A stretch of DNA of 64,000 nt from Paramoeba atlantica (taxonomy: Eukaryota; Protista; Discosea): assembly GCA_977017575.1 (NCBI GenBank), contig CDRNVI010000002.1, positions 558,001 to 622,000 of the forward strand. The letters run 5' to 3'. The notes under the pieces were generated by a model that worked only from the letters and a program-made list of their open reading frames with translations, was not told where the DNA came from and ran no database searches. Both the position numbers and the translations under genes were made by a program. Positions 1 to 10,806 of this stretch are shown in pieces. Numbering within the stretch: position 1 is the stretch's first letter; every line of letters begins with the position of its first letter.

Positions 1-795
1 GATGCCAGAACCAGAGCCAGATGGGTTTCCCAAACGGGGAATGGCGCATCGGAGTGGGCGTTCGTAACCCCATCAAAGAACAACGGTCATGCGTTCACCC
101 CCACCGAATTTCGCATCCTAACCCGGTGGTGGCTCGGTAACGACGTTTACCCAAAGGCCAGGCCCTGTCCTATGGACAAATGTGGATTGCCATTGGGCCC
201 TGAAGGAGACCACGCCCTTTCTTGTAAGAGTGGGCACGGTATCATTGCCCGACACAACGCTCTCGCTCGACAATTTTCCCTAGACTGCAACAGGTCTGGG
301 CTGACAACGAAGCGTGAAGTCAGCCTAGATAATACGGGCCCAGGGGGTGGTCGGACCCGACCGGCCGATGTGTTTATTAAAGAGTTTTGCCTTGGCCAGG
401 GTCTGGTCCTTGATTTCGCCGTCACCAATGTTCAGCAAACGAAGTATACGGACTTGGTCCGTGATGCTAACTTGGTTGAGGCGGGATCCTTCGCCGAAAG
501 ATACGCGACAGAGCATAAGCAGAAACAAAGGGAAGAAGCCGAAGCGGCCAAGCTCAGATTCGCCGCCATGGCTGTCGAATCGTATGGATCTTGGTCCCCA
601 AGCGCTATGGCCGTCATTCGAGATTTATCGGTCAACCGGTCACTCCAATCCGCGAACCTATCCAAAGCAGACGCATTACACGCACTGTTAACTGCCCTGA
701 ACATTACCTTGATGAGATCACAAGCGCGAATGATGGTGCTGCGCTCTCCTCCCACCCCCGATTCAGACCTCGTAGGCTACGGCTCCGAGCTTTGA
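1..795 (+). CDS. C-terminal part (zinc knuckle + RLE endonuclease) of CRE-clade non-LTR retrotransposon ORF, family A2; runs off left edge
   Basis: Frame open from base 1. Motifs CPMDKC..HALSC, RHN, RPADVF, LDFAVT, VESYG. Near-identical to 5476-6030 + 10817-11056. Confidence 0.9.
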   Translation, partial: DARTRARWVSQTGNGASEWAFVTPSKNNGHAFTPTEFRILTRWWLGNDVYPKARPCPMDKCGLPLGPEGDHALSCKSGHGIIARHNALARQFSLDCNRSGLTTKREVSLDNTGPGGGRTRPADVFIKEFCLGQGLVLDFAVTNVQQTKYTDLVRDANLVEAGSFAERYATEHKQKQREEAEAAKLRFAAMAVESYGSWSPSAMAVIRDLSVNRSLQSANLSKADALHALLTALNITLMRSQARMMVLRSPPTPDSDLVGYGSEL

Positions 796-1265
796 GAACT
801 ACGTGATTCTCGCCCCCCCCCCATTCACCAGCCTGAACCCGTCGGGTGTTGGTCGAGTCGGCAGGACCTATACTCACACCTAGCCCCCGTCGGCTAGGTA
901 CCCCAAGTGAGGTAGTGCCCGGGGAGGGGACCCTGCCCCTCCCCGTCGGCCACCACCTGGTTCTGTGACTGTTCCGCTGCCGGCGGAGGCCCATTGCTTG
1001 CGCCCTCTCGTACAACAAGAGCAGGGTTACCAAGGCAAGCTGGGAGAGGTCGAAAGACCCGGTCCAGAACACGTAAGGAAGGTTTTCCCTGGGCCGACTC
1101 CTAGCAAAAGCGCAGGGAGTCCTCAACCTCCCCAATGAGTTTGGAAGTCGAGTGAGGAAAGCGAAGGGAAGTAAAGGAAAGGAACGAAAAGGAAAAGCAA
1201 AGGGAGGTAAAGAAAGGGAGGTAAAGGAAGTAAAAGGAAAGAAAGAAGTCGTGAAAAAAAAAAAA
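796..1265 (+). other. Family A2 3' UTR (divergent structured core 845-1070, purine-rich end) and poly(A)
   Basis: Follows the ORF stop and ends in A12. Repeated at 11057-11540. Confidence 0.85.
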
Positions 1266-1366
1266 TAGAATATATTTTAGAAGTATTCTACTCCATTAAA
1301 AACGTACTGTTGCATCGGTTCTTTGCCTATATCCTTGAACGTTACTAAAAAAAAAAAAAAAAAAAA

Positions 1367-3078
1367 GTGTCCTTTGGATGATGTTTCCAGGTCCCAGGCA
1401 CAGCGACTGAAGAAACATGGGGGATTTGGCATTCGTTCATCCGAGCTACATGCCTCCGGGGCTTATATTTCTTCAGTGACATTCGGCGCCAAGCAAGACT
1501 CCTGGGAACCGCAAGGAGCAGAAGGTTTCGAAGATGCAGTTCATGACTTCAACAACGCACTAGGCATCACGGTACTTGACCGGACCACAGGATCTATCAC
1601 CAACAGCCAACAAGATAATCGCCCAACGAGTAACGACATCGAGGCGGATTTACCGGAAGGAACCTATGCCTCGGAGAAATACACAGTACCACGGCAAAAA
1701 CAGTTAAGCCACATTATTTCAGAACACGAATTCGGGCAAGCATTTTACAACGCAGACATTAAGACCCGAACTCGCTGGATTTCACAGTCTGGCAAGGGAG
1801 CTGGGGACTGGGCATTTTCCACTCCATCCAAAGACCTTGGTTTTGCTTTCACACCAGCTGAATTCCGCGCACTGGTAAGGTGGTGGCTCGGAGCACAACT
1901 TGTACCCAGCGTCCAACCATGTCCCATGGAAAAATGTAAAATGTCTATCGGACTCGATGGGGACCACGCTCTAGTGTGCAAATCTGGACATGGCATCATG
2001 GCACGACATAACTCTCTTTGTCTACAGTTTGCGCAAGAGTGTAGTAAGGCGCAGCTGGCTCCTCAGAGGGAAAAGACGCTAGGAAATCATGGTCCGGGAG
2101 GCGGCTTGACACGACCAGGTGACGTTTACTTGCCAAACTATGACCTTGGCACAGCTCTCGTCCTTGACTTCGCAGTTACACATGTCCAGCAAAACAAATA
2201 TACGGACTTAGTCCGAACTGCTACATGGGTAAAGGCGGGGTCATTCGCCGAGCGCTACGCCTCGGAACATAAAATATCGGAGAGAGCAGAAGCTGTCGCT
2301 GCTGGTCACCGTTTTGAAGCGATGGTTGTAGAATCTTTTGGATCCTGGTCCAAAAGTGCCCTGACCATCATAAAAAGCGTCGGGAAACACCGAGCTTCAA
2401 CCTCTAATGGGACTTTGAGCCATGCACAGGCCACAGCACAACTCATAAGGGGTATGAACATAGCCCTCATGCGTTCACAGGCACGGATGTTGGTCCGACG
2501 TCTCCCGGATGAAGATCCCACTGGCCAACTCGTCACACATGACGACCGGCTGGATTCATTCCGAACTGGTCGTTTGCGCCCATGAACATCTGGTCGGGAT
2601 GCTGGTCGGGTCGACAGAGTCTATGCTCACGCCTAGCCCGCGAGGGCTAGGTACCCCAAGTGAGGTAGTACACGGGTAGTGAATCTCCTCCCCGTCGACC
2701 AGCATCCTGTTTCGCGACCGTGTCGCTGTCGACACAGGCCCGCGCCTGCGCCCTCCCATATAGCAAGGGAAGGGTTCACAAGTCAGGCCGTGGTGAGGTC
2801 GAAAGACCCGGTCCGGGACGCGCGAATGGATTGGGTCTGTATTGCTTGTTTTAGTTTTTACTGTTTCTTGTTTGTAGTATATACTTAGGGGAGATTAAAT
2901 TGCTAGTTTTGGGCTGAGAGAAAAAAACAAAAGGTACATCTGTGGAAACAAAAAGATTTGCTAATTTGATTGCTTATTTTCAACTCGTATACCCCCCCCA
3001 ATGGACCTACTTGGTTCGTCTACTGGGTCAAAATATAGAGGCAATGCCGCGATTCATACTTCTCCCCCCTTATTAATT

Positions 3079-3109
<31 letters not shown>
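1367..3109 (+). mobile_element. 5'-truncated CRE-clade element, family A1 (ORF remnant 1367-2585, common 3' UTR, poly(A))
   Basis: GGFGIRS, RWISQSGKG, RHN, RPGDVY, LDFAVT motifs. A20 on the left and A29 on the right. Confidence 0.9.
2597..2819 (+). ncRNA. Conserved structured RNA core of group-A 3' UTRs (exemplar copy; function unknown)
   Basis: Helices 2597-2607/2697-2707, 2621-2630/2660-2668, 2632-2651 (GCGA loop), 2709-2720/2809-2819 and GGUC-GAAA-GACC. Compensatory changes between variants. Confidence 0.7.
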
Positions 3110-3402
3110 CGCGCGAATGGATTGGGTCTGGATTGCTTGTTTTTATTTTTACTGTGTCTTATTTGTCGTATATACTTAGGGGAGATTGAATTGCTAGTTT
3201 TGGGCTGAGAAAAAAGAAAAAGAAAATATACTTCTGTGGAAATGAAAAGAATTGCTAATTTGGTTGCTTGTTTTAAATTCATATACCCCCCTAATGGACC
3301 TACTATGTACTTGGTTCGTCTACTGGGTCAAAATATAGAGGCAATGCCGCGATTCATACTTCTCCCCCCTTATTAATTGCAAAAAAAAAAAAAAAAAAAA
3401 AA
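3110..3402 (+). mobile_element. Tail-only (5'-truncated) group-A copy
   Basis: Distal common 3' UTR plus A22, directly after the previous poly(A). Confidence 0.9.
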
Positions 3403-6030
3403 CACATCCCAAATTGCTGCAAGGCGGAATGGTCTCGAGTGTTTACCTCATGCTTGAATGCAGCCATGCTGGATAACACGTTGGAGGCTTGGACCCGCCT
3501 CGCTATGCTTCCTAAATGCGTACTCCCAGCCCCACACCGGGGCGGTAGCGGGAACAAAACCTCTTATGCGTCTTTCGTTCGTAAAAGCCTAGCTAGATGG
3601 AACCAACAAGAGTATTCGTCCCTCTGGAGCGACGCCATATCCAGTCTACGGCGCAAACGCAAACCCCAGACCCAGGCATCCAGTTTAGAGGAAGACGAAA
3701 AAAGGGCAGCACTACGAGCTGAGCGACTCGTTCGAGACAGAGAACTGTCACGTGCCATGACAGCACTGACCTCCGAACCACTCGCTCCCAACGACGACGC
3801 CACATACGCCAAACTTGTAAGCAAACATCCCTCGCGACTAGCGGAAGAACGCCCGAATATTCAACCTTCCCCCCTCCCCGTGAATCCGCTAAAGGCCACA
3901 GAAGAAGACATAACCGCGGCTCTCTCAAGCTTCCACCGTGGCTCCTCCGGTGGGGCATTTGGCCTCCGGCCCGAGCACGTGCAAATTGCAACGGAATACC
4001 ACAACGACGAACGCACAAACCCCTTGGGAACACTTACGAAGTTTACGAACCATCTCCTTTCCGGGAGAGCCCCGGAGGAGGTCCAGCCATACTTCGCCGG
4101 AGGACGATTGTGCGCACTTCATAAGGGGGAGCACGATGTACGACCCATTGCTGCTGGAGAAACCCTCCGGCGCCTGGCAAGCAAAGTTGCATGTCTTTCC
4201 GTCAAAGAAAAAGCCCGAAAGCTCTTTAGTGGGCATCAGTTTGGTGTTGCCATACCAGCAGGGATCGACCGGGTCATACATTTGTGTCGTCTAACGATGG
4301 CGGAACACTGTGCCGACGAGGATTTTGTTTTCTGCATAGTTGACCTCCGGAATGCATTCAATCACGTGTCGCGTAACTGTTTTATTTCGCTTACACGCAA
4401 ACATTTTCCCGAACTCAGCGCCTTTGTCGAATGGTGCTACGCCACCGACAGTAGTCTCACGTTCGGGGATCGAACAGTCACCTCCTCCGAAGGTGTCCAA
4501 CAGGGAGATCCACTAGGTCCCTTCCTATTCTCCTTGGTAATGAAACAAGTATACCTAAAGATCCATGATGCGGCCCCAAAACTAGACTTAAACATGTGGT
4601 ATCTGGACGACGGAACTCTTTCGGGAAGATCTTCAGATGTAAGGCACGCGCTCGACGCAATTGCCATCGAAGGTCCCAAATGGGGATTACATCTTAACTC
4701 CTCCAAATGTGAACTCATTACCAATCCTGCGGCCTCGGATCGACTAGATCTCTTCCCAGATATTCCGGGTCTAAACAAGAAGTCGGAAGGCAACCTTGAC
4801 ATCCTAGGCAGCCCCATCGGATCCACGCCCCACTGTCGCCGATACCTTATAGACAACGCGGTCAGCCTAGCTGAGGAGTCCCTTGACGCGATCGAAAAGC
4901 TGGAAGATCCACAGGTAGCCTTATCTCTCATCCGTCATTGTACCGGATTCTGTCAAATGGTGCATACACTTCGAACTACACCCGCAACAGAGCTACAGGA
5001 CCTCTGCCAACGCCTAGATAATGCAGTCCAGCACGCAGCAGAGCGTTTCGTTGGTCCCTTGAGTGGCGCTGCTCGACGACAGGCGCAACGTGACAAGAGG
5101 TATGGGGGGTTTGGACTGCGCTCAGCGGAATCGCATGCCACATCAGCCTACGTATCGTCAGTCGCTTCCGCATCCTCTAAGGATCGTTGGGACCCAATGC
5201 AAGCCCAAGGCTTCGAGTCGGCAGTACGGGATGTGAATAGTCGTGCAGGATACGACCTCGTTTCTAACTCCGGGAGAATTATAAAGCCCCCTTCCCCCTC
5301 CTCACCGGAACAATCGTACCCCGAGAGCACACGCTCTGATGAAGATATCCCGGACGCAGCCCACCCAAGCGAATCACTTAACACAGAATCCCGCCCCAAA
5401 CTGGTAATCCCCCGCCAGCGCGAGCTAAGCCAGGCGATTTCCTCTCATGAATACGAGCTGGAATACGCGAAAGCTGATGCCAGAACCAGAGCCAGATGGG
5501 TTTCCCAAACGGGGAAAGGCGCATCGGAGTGGGCGTTCGTAACCCCATCAAAGAACAACGGTCATGCGTTCACCCCCACCGAATTTCGCATCCTAACTCG
5601 GTGGTGGCTCGGTAACGACGTTTACCCAAAGGCCAGGCCCTGTCCTATGGACAAATGTGGATTGCCATTGGGCCCTGAAGGAGACCACGCCCTTTCTTGT
5701 AAGAGTGGGCACGGTATCATTGCCCGACACAACGCTCTCGCTCGACAATTTTCCCTAGACTGCAACAGGTCTGGGCTGACAACGAAGCGTGAAGTCAGCC
5801 TAGATAATACGGGCCCAGGGGGTGGTCGGACCCGACCGGCCGATGTGTTTATTAAAGAGTTTTGCCTTGGCCAGGGTCTGGTCCTTGATTTCGCCGTCAC
5901 CAATGTTCAGCAAACAAAGTATACGGACTTGGTCCGTGATGCTAACTTGGTTGAGGCGGGATCCTTCGCCGAAAGATACGCGACAGAGCATAAGCAGAAA
6001 CAAAGGGAAGAAGCCGAAGCGGCCAAGCTC
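3403..6030 (+). pseudogene. RT to RLE portion of family A2 ORF (interrupted; last part at 10817-11056)
   Basis: RPIAAGETLRR, VDLRNAFN, GVQQGDPLGP, WYLDDG, RPADVF. Confidence 0.92.
6021..6030 (+). repeat. 10-bp target-site duplication GGCCAAGCTC (second copy 10807-10816)
   Basis: Identical 10-mer on both sides of the insertion. Single copy in the empty allele at 546-555. Confidence 0.92.
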
Positions 6031-9000
6031 AACAACAACAACAACAACAAAGACACTGATACATATGTATCAGCTGGGGGGTTTACAATTTACACCATAA
6101 ACATAAACACTTCTCCATGTAAACTCACATAAAATTTACGCGCAAAGAGTCCATCTGCAGCCAAGAACTCGTGCATCCTCATTACTTTCTTATGAGAATG
6201 GCCCTATAGGGCGAAAATGTCCTCCAACTCACCTCCCATACACTTGGCCACCTTATCTGCTGGCGAAACACAACTAAAACAAATAATAACGTATAAATAC
6301 AATTTATAAATATATATATAAATATATAAATATATGAACAACCCTTCGTCTCACAACCCCCTCTTCAACTGCTGAAACAGACCAATTGATCGCATTATTG
6401 AATATAAAATAAAAGTAAAAATAAATAAACAAAATAAATAAAATGATACTCCATTCAACTTTTGGGCTTCCAAAATCACGTTTTAGAAGAAGAGCCCCCC
6501 CCCCTTTCGAGTTCTCTTGCACTCCTCTTCACAATTAGCTCGCTTTCTTTGTGGATTCTTTCTTGCTAAAGTTACCTCTGCTAATCCTGGTGAATATGCA
6601 TTCGTACTCCTCTTTCCATCAGTTTTTCGTGCTTTTTGGTTGCTGTGCGTATTCGTATTTTCACGCTTGTTCTTGGATCTTGATCGTTTCCCCTTTTCAT
6701 TTATCAGGTTACCTTTATTTTTCGTGCTTATAGAGTGCGTAGGAGACATTTCGATAGGTGTGTGCGCAAACTCTGGTAATTTCGTATTTTTGTTTTTGTT
6801 CTTTTTCATATTGTTTTGAATTTCGTTACCTTTCCTCTTTTGATTGGTCACGATATCAAAACCGCGGTAAGTAAAGGAAGGGTTTTCGTCTTGATGTGCG
6901 CAAGCTCGTTTAGCGAGCCAGTCTGAGGTTGCGTTGTGCGGGTTTCCTTCATGCCCTCTGGTTTTGATGCAATATACATTGCTATTTTGCTCGATCTTAG
7001 AACACAAAAGTTGTATCTTCTTGAGTAGTTGTGCGCTCTGGAATAATTGAAACCCAACTATGCAAAATCGATGCCTTATAATGTGGAAGAATTCCCATAC
7101 GTATTTTGAGTCTGTGTGTAATACAATGTCCTGCCCATAATGTGCCGCAAGATTCAGTGCCTCATATACGGCATAGAGCTCTACCGCAGTTATGGTGAGC
7201 TCAATATCCGTTGGAGGTCGTACTCCCATTAAGGACTTCTCAATACCATCCCCCCACCACACGATTCCGCATCCAGAAGTAACTTTCGATTTCGTTGTTT
7301 TAAGAGAGCCATCAGTATACATGTGTACGGCTGGAGAAATATTTGGGAATGGCAATGCGCCTTCTTCGACGAATTGTAGTGATTTATATTGACTCTCTTT
7401 TCGTGCAACCATTGCTCGTTTTTCCCATGATTTTGCTTCGATGGGTACATAATCAGGGCGTGGTTCGATCCGATTTCGTAGTCGATCAACGCTTGACCTC
7501 CATAAGGCGCGGTCCCGAGACGAATGTATGACTTCTTCTATTGAAAGATTTAAATCTTTTGCGCATAATTCAGAGATCGAAGGATATGATGATTTGTCTT
7601 GCACGCGCCACAGAATGGCTAGGCTAAACGGCGATTCATGTCGAACGAGATGGCCAATAAGTTGAGCACGTTGTATTTTTGATGTTGTGCTGAGTTTCAA
7701 GTCATCTTGATAAAGAGATTCAAGACGAATGCACTTTCCCGTTTTCCATCTTTTCCCTACTCCGCATACCCATCTTCGCATTTTGCTGACTTGTACGTCC
7801 AATTCGCTCATTTGATTCGATGAAATATTCCACGTGCCGCAGTTGTAATTAATAACAGGCATAACAAGTGTTCGAAATATTTTTAACCGACTTGCGACTT
7901 GAATGGGTGAGTTCCATATCGCATGAAGTTTATGCATTGTGGCCCATCCTAGACGAATGCGTTCTTGTGGGGCTACATGACGATTTTCATTCTCTTGTGT
8001 ACTTCCAAGATATTTATATTTGTATACTCGGGGGATTTCTCCAACACTTGGGACTAGAAGGGGAGCTGTCATGTCATCAATTTTTCCTAGAACCATCCAT
8101 GCGGTCTTGTTTTTGCCCAGATTTACCTGAAGGTTTGCCCTCTTTGCATACTTGCACAGGTTTTCTAGCATTTCGGAGAGTTCAGACCTAGAAGAAGCGA
8201 AGAGAACTACGTCATCTGCATATGCCACATCAGAAATTCGGAGGTGCCTTTCGCCGCGACTCTTCGTCCCGGTGGAATAAGCAATGACACCCAACCCCTT
8301 CGCGTCAATGGCCTCTGCCATAATCCTGTCGAGGACCATAATAAAGAGATATGGCGCGAGCACATCCCCTTGTAGAGTACCATTTTCAATAGAAAACGAT
8401 TCGGTGTCACCATGAGGCGTCCTCACATAAGATTTCAGGCCTTCATACATGCTCATAATAACTTTAGTAATATTTTCCGGTATGTGGAATGCTCTCAGCG
8501 CATCTCGTATTGCAGAGAAAGTAACGGAAGGAAATGCCTGCTTAAAGTCAACAAACGCTACCGCAACACCTTCTCCCCTCGAAGCTTTAGTAGCTATTTC
8601 CACGAAAGTTGCCTGTGCGCCGGCAGTGGATCGGTGCGGGCGAAATCCAAACTGATTTGAGCGAAGCATATTCTCAACGGCTGGTTGTATACGCTCTAGT
8701 ACCATCCGGTTCATTACCTTTACCACATGGTTTACAATGCATATCGGTCTCCAATTTGTAAGATCATTGAGATTCCCTTTCTTTGGAAGTGGCACTTGCA
8801 GAATCATCTTCCATTTATCCGCCGCGGCACCGGTACACATTACTTCATTTATTATGTTCAAGAGCATGCCAAGTGCTCCTTCGCTCTGAGCCAATGTAGA
8901 GAGAGCCTCAATAGGAATGTTGTCGGAGCCTGAAGCTTTTCCAGATTTGACTTTTTGCAGAGAAATTCTGAGCTCCTTTAGGGTAAATTCCGTATCCTCA

Positions 9001-10806
9001 ATACCAATTAAGCTTTTATTACAGTTAGGGAAGTTTACCGGTTCGGAAATTTGATTTAATTGGTTACCTATCGCCTGAAAATGTCCTCTCACTCTGCACA
9101 TACTGTCTCGAACATTTTCACCAAACATGGAGAATACTTTTCGATTTTCCCCTACAATATAGCGAATTGCTTGATACGCGCTTTTTGGACATTTATATAG
9201 CTTTTCTTGGATCACTTCACATTCTTCTTTCACGCATTCTTCAATCATTTTTCCGTGTTCTCGAGCAAAGGTATCGAAAGTCCTTCGATTTCGAGCAATT
9301 TGCACAATAGTTTTCATATCAAGGGAATGCGAGTCAGTTTCCGAGTCAGGAGCTTTTCCAATATTGGCAATTTTCCTGGGTAATTTCTCTGCGGCGGAGT
9401 TGACTGCGGACGATAGCTTATCCCATAAAGCGGGGCCAATTGACCCTTCTCGTGACCGTTTATTTCCCCCCTGAATTGACTCCTCCACATTTTTCACGAA
9501 TGTATCACATATGGTTTCGTTTCTCAAGGATCCCCAAAACGGTTGTAACTTACCAGGTTTGCATGCCACTCTCCATTTTATATTTAATCCTGCTATTACT
9601 GCACAGTGTCTCGTAGGTATGGGAGCCAAAAGCACCTTCTGATACCGAAATGCTGAGCTGAAACGGGAATTTATTATGATATGATCAAGCTGTTTTGTTA
9701 GACCATCAGGGTGTTTCGGCGTAGGTGGAAACCTATAAGTCCACTTTCTTTCTGCGCTGCAACATTGATGAGCCGATTTAGATCCAAGGGTTACCAAAAA
9801 TTTGCGAAATTCTTGCGCTCTTTCCGAACAACATTTTCTGCCGTTTGGATCTTGCAAAGGTGCGTTCATGTCTCCGCATATTAGCTTTAGCGAACATTGT
9901 GAATCATGCCAAGAATCAAATAGCTCCTCATCAAACGATTCTTGCTTCTCTTTCTTTGCACCAGCCGTCGGGGAGTAAACATTAAATATACACGCCTTCA
10001 TCTTTCCAATATGCATTGTTCCTTTCATAATGCGATCATTGATCTTTTCAACACCCATGGGTTGCAGACTCAGCATTGCCATTCCGTTATAGCCCTTTAT
10101 TGCACTCATAATATATATATTAACACTAATGCCAGCCAGATAGAGCCTACGATGAATGATCGGTTCCTCGCTCTTGAACGATAGTCGCGTTTCCTGCAAG
10201 GCCATTATTGTTACGCCGTAACTTCGCATGAACTCTACAGCTTGATGCAAACGGAAACATTTACGTAGAGCAAACTCGTCTGTGGTTTTACACTTTAAAG
10301 TATCTACATTCATGGTGCTTACTGCAAACCCCTCTCTCATAGCTTTGATCTTGGGTCTCTGCTCTCGGTAGCCACGCCGAAAGCAGGATTTGCGTTTCCG
10401 ATTACGTTTGCGCAAAGATTTTGGAAGCAGTCCAACTCTGCCGCCTAGCACATGGATACGATCATCTCTCGGAGGAAACGGGAGAAGGCGCCCATTCATC
10501 AAGTCGTACTTGACGAGCCAACCAGACCCATCAAGCGATGAGTGAACCACCCCTTCCCAGAGTGTAATACGTTCGTTATAAGCCATACACCAAACAACAG
10601 CCACGTGTTTTCCCACAGCCAAAACCTTTGACATCTGTAAAAGGGCCCGCTGCCGGAGTTTTGTCCCAACCCCCCTCTGCTGTGGAGGCAGAAAAAGGTT
10701 GCCCCGACCACACCTGGCCGTCCGAAGTTTGCCACAGACTTCCAACACACTTTCGAACGGTCCGGAGGCCTCCGCCATTTTGTACCAACGTATTAATACA
10801 AAAAGT
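6031..10806 (-). mobile_element. Full-length RTE-like LINE with APE-RT-RNase H ORF and (GTT)6 tail
   Basis: TSD-bounded. (AAC)6 at 6031-6048 on the plus strand. 18-bp palindrome CTGATACATATGTATCAG at 6056-6073. Short 5' UTR. Confidence 0.92.
6483..10778 (-). CDS. Intact 1431-aa polyprotein: Tudor/SH3-like N-terminus, AP endonuclease, reverse transcriptase, RNase HI
   Basis: APE: TMNVDTL, LQETR, NVYSPT, GDMNA, LDHII. RT: QGDVLAP, YADD, YKYLG. RNase H: YTDGS, VELYA, HTDS, GHEGNPHN..D. Confidence 0.93.
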   Translation of the reverse strand: MAEASGPFESVLEVCGKLRTARCGRGNLFLPPQQRGVGTKLRQRALLQMSKVLAVGKHVAVVWCMAYNERITLWEGVVHSSLDGSGWLVKYDLMNGRLLPFPPRDDRIHVLGGRVGLLPKSLRKRNRKRKSCFRRGYREQRPKIKAMREGFAVSTMNVDTLKCKTTDEFALRKCFRLHQAVEFMRSYGVTIMALQETRLSFKSEEPIIHRRLYLAGISVNIYIMSAIKGYNGMAMLSLQPMGVEKINDRIMKGTMHIGKMKACIFNVYSPTAGAKKEKQESFDEELFDSWHDSQCSLKLICGDMNAPLQDPNGRKCCSERAQEFRKFLVTLGSKSAHQCCSAERKWTYRFPPTPKHPDGLTKQLDHIIINSRFSSAFRYQKVLLAPIPTRHCAVIAGLNIKWRVACKPGKLQPFWGSLRNETICDTFVKNVEESIQGGNKRSREGSIGPALWDKLSSAVNSAAEKLPRKIANIGKAPDSETDSHSLDMKTIVQIARNRRTFDTFAREHGKMIEECVKEECEVIQEKLYKCPKSAYQAIRYIVGENRKVFSMFGENVRDSMCRVRGHFQAIGNQLNQISEPVNFPNCNKSLIGIEDTEFTLKELRISLQKVKSGKASGSDNIPIEALSTLAQSEGALGMLLNIINEVMCTGAAADKWKMILQVPLPKKGNLNDLTNWRPICIVNHVVKVMNRMVLERIQPAVENMLRSNQFGFRPHRSTAGAQATFVEIATKASRGEGVAVAFVDFKQAFPSVTFSAIRDALRAFHIPENITKVIMSMYEGLKSYVRTPHGDTESFSIENGTLQGDVLAPYLFIMVLDRIMAEAIDAKGLGVIAYSTGTKSRGERHLRISDVAYADDVVLFASSRSELSEMLENLCKYAKRANLQVNLGKNKTAWMVLGKIDDMTAPLLVPSVGEIPRVYKYKYLGSTQENENRHVAPQERIRLGWATMHKLHAIWNSPIQVASRLKIFRTLVMPVINYNCGTWNISSNQMSELDVQVSKMRRWVCGVGKRWKTGKCIRLESLYQDDLKLSTTSKIQRAQLIGHLVRHESPFSLAILWRVQDKSSYPSISELCAKDLNLSIEEVIHSSRDRALWRSSVDRLRNRIEPRPDYVPIEAKSWEKRAMVARKESQYKSLQFVEEGALPFPNISPAVHMYTDGSLKTTKSKVTSGCGIVWWGDGIEKSLMGVRPPTDIELTITAVELYAVYEALNLAAHYGQDIVLHTDSKYVWEFFHIIRHRFCIVGFQLFQSAQLLKKIQLLCSKIEQNSNVYCIKTRGHEGNPHNATSDWLAKRACAHQDENPSFTYRGFDIVTNQKRKGNEIQNNMKKNKNKNTKLPEFAHTPIEMSPTHSISTKNKGNLINEKGKRSRSKNKRENTNTHSNQKARKTDGKRSTNAYSPGLAEVTLARKNPQRKRANCEEECKRTRKGGGLFF

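Noticed and set aside
2661-2670. TGAGGTAGTA matches the let-7 5' end
   Set aside because: A 10-nt match, paired inside a conserved helix, in a lineage not known to have let-7; chance.
2770-2795. Twister-like GGTTCACAAG loop
   Set aside because: No closing P4 hairpin, and no matching UAA/GAG L1 or pseudoknot partners.
2596-2835. HDV-like ribozyme in the shared 3' UTR (long P1, UCCCCGUC as L3, CGAAU as J4/2)
   Set aside because: The would-be L3 is the 3' arm of a local hairpin in every variant (e.g. GGGGAGGGG/CCCCTCCCC at 921-945). P3 would be only 2 bp, the P1.1 GG is missing in the common type, and P2 is not conserved.
10740-10806. ingi/L1Tc Pr77 ribozyme or 2A peptide at the start of the APE-RT-RH element
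   Set aside because: The 5' UTR is only 28 nt with a simple hairpin, and there is no DxExNPGP motif.
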